Source of the DNA: Enoplolaimus lenunculus
Lineage: Eukaryota
DNA: 64,000 bases
Direction: 5' to 3'
Assembly: GCA_030248215.1 (NCBI GenBank)
Contig: JASANG010002365.1
Span: 310,001 to 374,000, forward strand
Shown here: one piece after another, positions 15,201 through 25,326 of the stretch
Numbering within the stretch: position 1 is the first letter of the stretch
How the letters are laid out: the number at the start of each line of letters is the position of its first letter
The notes under the pieces: model-generated
The model's database searches: none
The model's input: only the letters and a program-made list of their open reading frames with translations
What the model was told of the DNA's origin: nothing
Translations under genes and position numbers: made by a program

Positions 15201-18200
15201 GTCCGTTACGGTGTTGCTCTGCCCCGCTACGCAGCTGCGGCCCTAGGCTGAAACAGAATGAAAAACTTCAACTTATATCGTACAGCCACAGCAAGCACAA
15301 ATGTTGCCAAACAAGCAGAAAACGAAACACGGTAACTACATATATATTTATATATATAAAGATATATATAATATATATCATGTGTTTTACCCTTCGTTAA
15401 ACACAGGTTTATGGCGTACGAACTAACCATACCAGACTGCTGATAATCGTGTTTAGTAGTATGGTATTTTTACATGAATGAGCTAATGCCATGTTCCTGT
15501 AAGCTTTGAAAAGTTACAAAATAAACCTAATTTCACGCACGACACCAATCACTCAAGTCGAAACTATTACATAAACACAACTGATTATAATATCAATTCT
15601 TGACCCAAAAACGTCCGTTTATACGTACCAAAACATGTATTGCATACAAGAAACTGCTACAATTTCATTGGTTTATTAACAAATCTGTCCCTGGTTATAT
15701 AAAAATTGACCAAACAGCAAAAAGAAACCAAAAATGTCGTACGGTTGAACAAAAATGTATCCACACATGAACAGGTGATTGATAAATAAGTATACTGCTG
15801 GTTTGTTGGCAGTCAGACGCGAAAGTTTCGCTTTAACACACACATATCAAAACATAATATACATGACCTGAAATATTTGTACTATGTATATACGTATTAT
15901 ATACCTAATTTGAAAGATATACGTACTGGCTGTGCCCAAAAATTTTCCTATTTGCTTTTAACCGATTCGATGCAAAATCCAATTAGACGCGTTTTATATT
16001 GTGTGCTCGGGGGTCGAAAGGTGGATGTCCGTCAAAATCTCAGAAACCGCGGAACGGATTTTGAAAAAATTTTTTGTTTCAAACCTTGTCATCCTGGGGT
16101 GTAAACCTCGCATCGGTGTTTTAATGTTTTAAGCCGTTTATTAGCTACAGGCTAATTTCCATAATTGGTTAAGCTGAATATTTCAATAATGATTACGGTT
16201 ACAAGCATTGTAATTTCAGTACTAAAGGATATTTGAGAGCGAAGAATCTGAATAAATTGTTTACATACATCCAAAACCGATAAAAGAATACTTAGCTAAC
16301 AACCAGTTTGCATATTAGCTTAATGGCTTAGGTCCGTTTGAGCTTCGCTCACTACATGTAGTCCCACTACGACTGGTAATCAAATAGTACAAAAAACAAC
16401 GCAGGAGCGTCTACAAGCGCATATTCGGTACTGTCTGTATATCCCTTGAACTGTCTTGACTAATAACAACACACATTTAACAAGCTTTAGGGCAACCTAC
16501 AGGACCCTAAAATATTGTGCGATCATTACCGTCACTGTCAAAAACCTTTTAACATACATATTAAGATTTTACGCCTTCCTAAAACAAAACTGTATTAAGC
16601 TTCGTGCACACGTGCTAGTTTTTGCAGCAAAAACTTGCAGCTGCTGTTTAATAATGAATTTTCAAACAAAACTTACACCTACGCAAGTTGTTACCGTCAA
16701 AGAATTGCACGCTCAAAATGTCATCTACGAGTTGTCGCTGCAAAACTTGTACGTGTGAATGCGTTTTCGTTCGTAGGTACATCAGGGCATGTATCAATAT
16801 ATACGTTGAAACTATTTTGAACATCGTCTATTCAATTTCTTAGTGCGCACGTACTAAAAATTACACCAATACAAGCGTATAATATAATGTTTATACAACT
16901 ACTACACTTTACAGCCAGATTCGTCGCAGTAAAGCGGCCGATGATTTTTATGGCTTATGATTTTGCGTTTGCCATTATAAAATTGAACAGATTTGTACTA
17001 TAATCAAGCTCACACGGTAAACAACAATGTTCAGTATACAAAAAAGTGTAAACATCCGCTCCGCTCCAAAAAATGTACATTAACTTGGTTTACTATAAAG
17101 AATATACTAAACATATATATTTGTATGTACTATGTACATATTTATGTACATAAGCGAACCGCGCCGATACAGGTCGCAACAAAACAATTTGGTTTCATCA
17201 TAAAATATTTTGACTCCAAAGTATTACGCTTTTTGTTGTCGTTAGGACTACTGAAAATTACAGATTTTGCTGAAATAAAACGAAACAGCAAACACGTACA
17301 GCAGGACACGTAACGCTCGCACCAGGATACAACTGGAGGTCTGCCTTTGGCTTCGACAGAAAACCGACCTCCGGCTGCGGTAAAATTTTGTGCCGAAGGT
17401 TCCGGCAATTTCGGTAGTGAAATTTGCCATAGTTTTGCAAAATTTTTCTGTTTGTCGCGATTTGTTTTAAAATTTGGCACAATTTTGAGGAAAGAATTCC
17501 CGATAATTTGTAAAAAAATCGGCGTAAAACCAAACAATTTAACAACACATTCCCAGATATTTGCTAAAATTAACAAATTAAACATCATTTTAACTACCTA
17601 ATTTCATGTCACCTCCAGCTCCGGCATTTGTTGATCTCCGGCTCTGGTATGTTTCGCCTCTAGTTGCACCTGGCTCGCACCCACTTTTCACTACTAAGCA
17701 AGGATGGGCAGTCTCCGTCAAAAACCAACATCTTGTTGTGCAAGCATAAAATTTAAGGAATCTGCTAAAATCGCTTGAGACTACCCGTCTCTGCTACTAA
17801 GTGGTCGCAGTGTAAATACATTTCGTGCGTGAAGCTTGGTTCACCACGCGTCCCGATGCGCTGTATTCAAAGCCAAAATTTTTAGTTACAAATTGTTTTA
17901 TGCGGTGTCATGCAGCGATTCACATGCGTTGCCGACAGTGCCAGACAAGGCACGACGGCATTGACAGCCCCAGCTTTAGAACTGAGTTGTCACTTTCCCT
18001 GCCAAAAAGCCCACGGTCAGAGTTTTATGCATATATGTTATTAAACGCAGCTTATTACGTACTCAACAAAATGTTTTATATGACGTAAATTTGCTAGAAG
18101 AGACTTACCTACGCGACGTAGCTTATTGCTTAGCGGTGGTACCAACGATAGGACTTTGACAATAAAGCATAATTGTGTATAAATATACACTGAATGCAGC

Positions 18201-19515
18201 ACAGTACGTACTTTCCGCATAGCAAAATACCAGTCGTAGAAATTTGCATCAGAATTCAACAACAACTCATTGTGATTACAGTAATGAAGTAATAAGCATT
18301 GCGTACATACGTATTGAAGTAACCTGCAAACCATCAGCAATTGCAATACGACAATCAAAAATAACTTAGTAAACTAACCTCATTGATTAGAAACAGTATC
18401 TGTTTGACACCAATATGAGACTCAGTTTGTAAATAAAAATCGACTCCTGGGCGACCAAGTCTACAAAATAAGAGCCAAACTAAAAATACAACGCATATAG
18501 CTTAGAACAATACCACAACTGCGCTTTAAAGGGTTATAGAACCTAATAGACCACAATGAATATTTTTCATTATTACAGAATGCATACAGCAATAAATCTG
18601 CGTACCGCTTTGCATGAAAAAATGTTAAGAATATAATAAACTTTATCTACTAGTTTGAAATTACATACAACATTATAAGTACCAAAAATAACCTACATGT
18701 ACACATTAGAGTTGCTCCGAGGCCCGTAGCCGGTGCCGGGGATTGATTGACCTAAGGCACCGGTGCCGGGGCCGGTACAAACCCAAAAGGGTCCAAGTTA
18801 GAAAACAGGCGATCTATATAGAATATCCTGCAAATTTGAATACAACGAAGTACAATAAAATGTACCAGAAAATTTACAATTACATTTCTGAAGAAACTGA
18901 TAGAAAGCCGGTAATATTTCCGACTACATCACGACAATAACGCAGTAAAAGCTTACAATCGTATTGCACCAGTTTTGTTTCCAATAGCAAGAAGTTTTTG
19001 AATAGGGTCATATGCCATACATTTCGGTTGATAAGGAAATCCATAGCGAACAACCTGCAACGTTCATGCATGACTGATCACAAATGATTTTCACAATGTT
19101 TAATATATACAGTATACCTCCGCAACTGAATAAACTTTTTCTATAAACTTTGTCAATTAACGTTGAATCGCAAAATTTCCATTGATAACGGATCTAAGGC
19201 ACAACATACGTTGCATACAAGATAATCGAACCAACAAGTAACATTACAATAAATGTCTTGTGTCTTTACTATGTAGAAAAATTAGACACCCACTAAACAT
19301 ATAACTAGTTACATTGAGCAGAGTGTGCTGTCCTTTGCAACAATTAAGTGTGGCTGAAGACCTACCCAAAAACTTTCATTCATTCACATCAAACCAACCT
19401 TGCTATATTTGAAATGACTTGCTGACAGAACCTCCGGAAAATCAATTTCCGCTTTGACAGATGTACTGGCGGGTGTGTTACGCAATCCATCAAACACGCC
19501 ACGAATCTTATGCAT
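286..19515 (-). CDS. tom-1: Tomosyn / syntaxin-binding protein 5 (Lgl-family WD40), 5' seven coding exons; gene continues beyond window start
   Basis: Exons 19515-19399 (MHKIRGVFDGL...HFKYSK), 19054-18957 (VVRYGFPYQPKCMAYDPIQKLLAIGNKTGAIR), 18460-18379 (LGRPGVDFY...LFLINE), 3191-3091 (GALISACDDNSIDLWNFRQKKP...QRE), 1492-1358 (ITCCHLPLRSKWLYVGTDRGNIHFVNIEDFTVSGYVINWNKA), 989-926 (AQKSRPGAVVHLSDSPVDEAK), 369-286 (LLIGFENGTVVLWDLKSR). All introns are GT-AG with matching phases. The peptides are collinear with the STXBP5 N-terminus as I recall it. Intron 3 is about 15 kb. Confidence 0.93.
4868..5141. mobile_element. Foldback MITE (PIF/Harbinger-like termini)
   Basis: GCCCTATGCACACGTGCGAGTTTTTGC ... 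GCAAAAACTTGCACGTGTGAATAGGGC. Related decayed copy near 16600-16765. Confidence 0.6.
6677..7564. mobile_element. Two adjacent hAT-like MITEs (CAGGGTGCAAC termini, CCGGTT subterminal repeats)
   Basis: Copies at 6677-7068 and 7081-7564, with TIR CAGGGTGCAACGGGAAT...ATTCCGGTTGCACCCTG, inserted in (TA)n. Many decayed relatives across 1.7-15 kb, 17.3-17.7 kb, 35669-36014, 46.0-46.3 kb and 54.1-54.4 kb. Confidence 0.75.
10555..10770. repeat. 21-bp minisatellite (CCGTAACAATTCCGGTTACTC) x ~10
   Basis: Near-perfect head-to-tail units. Confidence 0.92.
13628..14150. repeat. Compound (ACA)n microsatellite
   Basis: ACA/CCA/ATA/ACT triplets; source of spurious poly-T/N/V/C ORFs. Confidence 0.92.
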
Positions 19516-19626
19516 ATTGGTTGCGCCTACTTGGTTTGAAAATCAACAATGAATCTGAATTCTAACATAACAAATTAAGTTTTTCGTACCTAATATTCAT
19601 ATATACCGCCTGAAAACTATATATTA

Positions 19627-20015
19627 CATGGTGCAACCGGAATTCCGGTTCCGGTTCCGGCATTTTTAACCTTCCGGTTCCGGTAAATTTTTACCGAATT
19701 TAAAAATTCCGGTGTTATAATTTGGCCGTTTCCTAACTTTGCTAATTTTTAAGAATCTCTTTTGAAAGCCACTTGTACTCCGAATATAAGCCGTTGATGG
19801 TGGATTTCACTTCAGTCGACGACGAAAATCTAAAATACAACAAATAAAATAAATACCTATGTTCGACTAAGGTTATTTCACAAATAATAGAGCAAAAAAT
19901 AAGATTAAAATGAAATGTTTGGTGAAATGCATTTTTCACTTTTTGGTTCCGGTTCCGGTAAAATTCTCAAATTCCGGTTCGGGTTCCGGTAAATTGTAAT
20001 TCCGGTTGCACCCTG
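19627..20015. mobile_element. hAT-like MITE, near-identical to 6677-7068
   Basis: CATGGTGCAACCGGAATTCCGG...CCGGTTGCACCCTG; internal sequence collinear with 6677-7068. Confidence 0.8.
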
Positions 20016-20218
20016 ATATATATGTAATGTTAATGTATGTCATAATATTGAATTTGCAACAGGTGTCATCGACTCAAGTATTCATAAAGCATTTAGATTT
20101 GATGAGGTTAGTCAAGATAAGAATGATTAGGAACATTAGGCCTTTTCAGCAAAGCAGCTGGACATTGTTGGTACTATACGGTCTGCACGACCCCTGTTTG
20201 AAGTTTTGCCTAAGCTAA

Positions 20219-20290
20219 TGACCACGCCGGGAATCGAACCTCGGCCCTCTTGCGCTCGAGCCAAGCATGCTACCACTACACCACGCGGTC
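20219..20290 (-). pseudogene. tRNA-like cassette in the 3' LTR of the TRIM (anticodon position reads CGA)
   Basis: GACCGCGTGGTGTAGTGGTAGCATGCTTGGCTCGAGCGCAAGAGGGCCGAGGTTCGATTCCCGGCGTGGTCA: 7-bp acceptor stem, A box TGGTGTAGTGG and B box GGTTCGATTCC. Mismatches in the anticodon and T stems, and no long variable arm. Confidence 0.8.
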
Positions 20291-20453
20291 GTTGCAACAA
20301 CTTCTTATACCGGTATATGTGCACTGGCATGGCAACATTTGCTTTACATACACTTACGTGCACATATACCGACATCCCTCTTTTTTACAGGCGGTCGTCC
20401 CGGACCGTGAATCCAACTACCCGAATTCATGGGCTTGCTGTTTTCAGTGCCCG

Positions 20454-20470
20454 TCTCGGTGGGACCTCCA
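20454..20470 (-). promoter_or_regulatory. Primer-binding site complementary to the tRNA-Gln 3' end
   Basis: TGGAGGTCCCACCGAGA directly abuts the 5' LTR. The plus strand reads TCTCGGTGGGACCT-CCA, the 3' end of eukaryotic tRNA-Gln including CCA. Confidence 0.85.
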
Positions 20471-20523
20471 TGTTGGTACTATACGGTCTGCACGACCCCT
20501 GTTTGAAGTTTTGCCTAAGCTAA

Positions 20524-20595
20524 TGACCACGCCGGGAATCGAACCTCGGCCCTCTTGCGCTCGAGCCAAGCATGCTACCACTACACCACGCGGTC
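20524..20595 (-). pseudogene. tRNA-like cassette in the 5' LTR of the TRIM (identical copy)
   Basis: Identical to 20219-20290, offset by 305 bp. Confidence 0.8.
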
Positions 20596-23500
20596 GTTGC
20601 AACAACTTCTTATACCGGTATATGTGCACTGGCATGGCAACATTTGCTTTACATACACTTACGTGCACATATACCGACAGACATGACGCATAATGTTCAC
20701 ACATATACTGTCGGCAAGTATAGTTGCGCATCCACCGTCCAACCTATAATCGACTGGTCACCATGGTCATGGTACGGTAGTTCAACATTGCGCCCATAAC
20801 GAAGCCTGTCAGAACTGCACGGTCGGGATGACCCCTTCCTTTGAAGTACTGCGAATCTAATTGGTTTCCCCCTAAATTTCTCCGAAACATTTGACCAAAA
20901 TTCACTAATCATTCTGTTTGTTACATTGTATCTTGCTCGCGTATTAGTATAATTGAGTAACCCGGGATACAGTTAAAAAAGGACAAAATTACTTTATTAA
21001 ACCGAGCCACTCGGTGCAATTGACGCCAAATTTAGAACTTTACACCAAACATCTAGCTATGTAATATCTGCACTATTTTAAAAAAATGAAGAGTCGAAAA
21101 AGGTTGGTAGAAAACTTTAAAATATAATTAAGTTTTCTGCCAATACAGTTAAAATATCAAATAATTTGCTGCATAAAGCAAAAACAATCACGAAAGCACT
21201 GAAATCATAAAAATTGTGTATGAGTTTTCTATTTTTATTTCAAACCAAACAATTTCTAGCCTGCATATACTATATAGATGGTAAAAAATTCGTAATCTTG
21301 ATTTTATTCCAATATACGTTATGAAACCTTTTTCCTAGATTTAATTGTATGAGCAGTCTGTCAGGGCCATGTTTCTACTTTTGTATCTTTATGGACTCTT
21401 TTGGGAGTTTGTTTTGATACGTAAAATATATTTTTTCGTCAAAAATACAACAACTGTTATTTAATAGCGTCATTTGCTCTGTGTTATATGGTTTAAAATC
21501 TATAGACGGAGCAGGGCCACGTTTTGCAATGCAGCCTATACTGGAGCTGAATTATTCAAATTTGAGTTTTATTAATTGCGAAGACCCTATACAATACACT
21601 GTTAATATCGAAGCCTTTTTTGATAATAGCGTTTGTTACCTTGTCTGTCAAGTGTTTCAAAGCAATGCGTTTTATAAAGGGGAACTCTCAAAGTTCCTTA
21701 AAGGTATACCCTCGCGCAAACATTTACAACTGAGGTGCTGATGAGGGTTGTGATATTTTTTGTGCCAACTTTTGTTTTTTGATCTTTGAGGTTCGACAGA
21801 CAAAGTTCTAGAAGTCGAAAAGAAATGCAAGTTCACTGTTGGTTTTTAAAAGATTAAAAGCAAGGATAGATTCACCGCTAAATCATTAAAGCAAGAGCGG
21901 TGACGCAAGTGGGAGTGTTTCATGTATGGTATCTCCTCAGTTTGTCGCCCGACAATTCGTCGACAGGCAACTTAATATAATCCGAAATTTCATCGACTCC
22001 ATAATTCGTCGCCCATCATCATGCTTTACACATTATGCTCAGGATTACGCTTAGACTATGGTTAGATCTGCTTTTGGCTTGTTCTGGTTTCAGTCGTTTT
22101 GCGTTTCAAGTTGGTGAATATTTTGATCTGTCTCTGTTTTCGTTTTCAGACAATTCATATTTATGTACTTACCTTCAGACAGCAAAAGATAAGAAAACCA
22201 AAAACATTAAGGTTGAATTTTAATTTGCTATCGGTAAAATGCGAATACAACAACGGTCACGTTGTGCTATTCTCGAGATGATATTTTAACGCGTTGTTAG
22301 TTTCTGTTTTATATTTGAATTGCTTTTATATCAGTATAAATACCAGGGTGTAAACGGAACAGAAATAGATCGCGAGCAAAAGCGCGCGGAAACTAAAAAC
22401 GGATATTAAAGAACAAAATTTGATCCATGTATAGAACAGGGCCGGAATAGTAGTATAAGCATAATCCTAAGCCTAATTTTAAGCGTAGGCGTAAGCCTAA
22501 GCGTATGGATGAGCCTATTCGTAAGCCTAAGCCTACGCCTAAGCCTTAAAGTCTAAGCAAAAAATAGTCTAAAGCTTCAACTGAATCTATTATATAGCCC
22601 CTTTGGAAAACGATCCGGCCCTGTTCTATACATGGGCCCAAATATTTAATACTTTATTTATGGGTTGAATGTCAATTACAAGGGACTACCCACTGGGAGA
22701 CTGGGACACTGGATGTCCGGGAAATTGGGATACTGGGAAAATCCCATACGGTACGGTTAAAACTTTGGCCTGCGTTTAACCGTACATTCACGGGGGCGGA
22801 AGAATATTATAAGCTTATTCCTAAGCCAAAGCCTAAGCGTAAAGAATGAGTTTATATCTAAGCCTATTAAGCCTAAGCTTAAGCTTAAAGCCAAGCAAAA
22901 CATTTAGTCTAAAGCTTAAGATTCTTCTATTCAGTCCCACAAAAAAATGTTCCTCCCCTGATCTTTTACATGGGCCGTTGACAATTCTTGCTGGATATTT
23001 GCCCGGAGAAGCAAAATAGCTTTTTCAAAACACATGAGACTCTCCGATATGTTTTGGCTCAGATTATCAATCAAATTTTCGTGCCAACAGTTATGACAGT
23101 ATCAAAGTATAGTTTATACATTTTAGCAGTAATTTCATTGATATATAAAACCACACTGGAAAAAATTTATTTAGTAAAATTTGTAAACAATTTATTAATA
23201 AGCTGCGATGGTGAGAGCTGTGTAGGTCAAGTGCTCGTTATCTTTACAGTACAATTGAATAGAAAAAGTTTTATCAATACTTTACAATTCACTATATTTG
23301 GTTTAATTCTATTGTTTGCCCCACAATTACTATTTTTCTAAACCGTAAAACTAAACTGGGTCACTAAAAATGTAACAAAAAAGTGGCTGGCGACTGACAG
23401 TCAGACATTCAACGCTTACGGTTGTCCCGGAATTCGCACTCAATTTGTATGTCAGGTGCAGATTCTACGTTTTCGATTACATACAAAATGAATTGTCCTG

Positions 23501-25326
23501 AAATTTCAAGACTCCTGTTTTCTTAAAATTTCAAGACATAAATATCTTATATTTCAGACTTCTATAGCCGTTCAAAAAACTTGTGCCTGATACGGTTAAG
23601 ACATAAATGTCTTATATTCAAGAAATTACTATTTTCAATTTATAAGAAATAAATTTCTTCTTTTCAAGAAACAATTGTCTTATATTCAATACTAATTTTC
23701 TGATTTTTATGTATGTAAAAATGTTGCTCCGTTTATGTTCTTGAGAGAGTACATAAATAATCCAATTTCAAAGATATTTTGAGTTGAACTCGGGCTCTCC
23801 CCAACCTATTTTTACGTCTTGGACGTATCTTAGGTTGTAAAATTAGGGAATTTGGTTGAGCTTAGCTCCTAAATTTAGAACACAACTTCCCTGACAAATC
23901 TTGCAAAATATGCTTATTTCAGACAAATTTGTCTTATATTTCGGAAACATTGTCTTGTTTCGTTTATGAAACAGACTGTTAAATTTATGACATTCAAGTG
24001 TTAAAAATTTAAGACACATTTCTGAAAAATTTCAGAAACTAATGTCTTGCATTCAAGAAATATATGTCTGGAGTCTAAATTAAAGACATAATTTTCTTGA
24101 ATTTAAAAGATTTTTTCTTGAATATCAGAAAATGTTTTTTGTGTGTAGTGCTGCGCTTATACGTTTGTTGACGTCCGGCACCTTGACAGCGCGACACTTC
24201 GCGATAATTGTTACGCCTCCCACTCCAGTCACTGGAGTTCGAATCCTAGCATAAAATTAGGTCTCAGGGGAACTAGAAAATATTCATATAGAGAAAGGGT
24301 TAAATTCTAGTATAATTGATAACAGTCCGACATTTTTACTGAACATAACGTACAATATTCATGAATTTAGATTTTGCAATATTAATTCCAAGCTTTGTTT
24401 GTTGTATATATGTGTTGTTGTATATGTGTGTATGTGTCTGTTTTTAATGTCTTTGAAACTTTTGACTCGAAAAATATTTATTCAGCATTGATAACATTTC
24501 TGCGAATATCAAAAACAAAATTGTTCAAATGATCCTGGTTGATTTTTGCCGACATTGTATTCAATGCAGAAAATCATATAATACTTTTACCATTGAGTTT
24601 AATTTTACAAATATTCAATTTTGGAGCTTGCGAACCTGAGAAAATCATGAAAAGTTTCGTGAACCATGAAAATCGCAAAAATTGTCTCATTGGTACTGGA
24701 GCCGGGAGGTGGCACAAAAGTGTCCCCCCTCATTTGTACAGACGGCAAAAACCACAGAAACGTATTTATTTTATCACAAAAATTGTCAGGTTCCTACTGT
24801 AGCGACCTGAATAACAAGGGCTAATAAGAGGGGGTTACCGTTTTGCGTCTCAGTCAATAGGAGTCTGTATCCGTAATAAGAATTTCGTAAGCGGGTAGAG
24901 TGCCTAAATTCTAATTAGAGTTCATTAATGTCTAAACTCCCTAATTGTAGAACACAAATGACTCCAGGCCCAAATAACGTTGAGTTCGAAACTTTAAAGC
25001 ATACTTAAGGTTTCATTCCTGAATATAACCTTTGATTATGGCTCAAACTTTTGATTGACCACTCGGCTATAGAAGCTTGACGCTCGAGCCCGATGGGGCT
25101 CTCATGTCTTGTAGAGATTTTGCACTGCGCATATATACGTTACAATTGTTAAACACTGCTGATAGTGTCTGTGTTGCTCGTATATTAGTTGTATTTAGTT
25201 GCTCATAGTATACTTTATGAGTTAAAGGGTTAGAGATATTAACTGACAATTTTTCCATTAAATTTTAGCCAGATGGTGTGCTTCTGATACGTTCGTAATT
25301 GATTAATTTCCCCATAATAAACTAAA

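Larger units (their letters stand above)
20166..20679 (-). mobile_element. Complete TRIM (non-autonomous miniature LTR retrotransposon) with tRNA-like sequence in each LTR
   Basis: Identical 209-bp direct repeats at 20166-20374 and 20471-20679 with TG...CA ends. PBS at 20454-20470, PPT at 20375-20386, TSD GACAT at 20161-20165 and 20680-20684. Confidence 0.93.

Noticed and set aside
20219..20595. Two functional tRNA-Ser(CGA) genes
   Set aside because: No long variable arm, G-G and A-C mismatches in the anticodon and T stems, no T-run terminator, and both lie inside LTRs.
20006..20912. Overlapping 70-147 aa ORFs over the TRIM
   Set aside because: Products of GC-richer repeated DNA; no gag, RT or integrase motifs.
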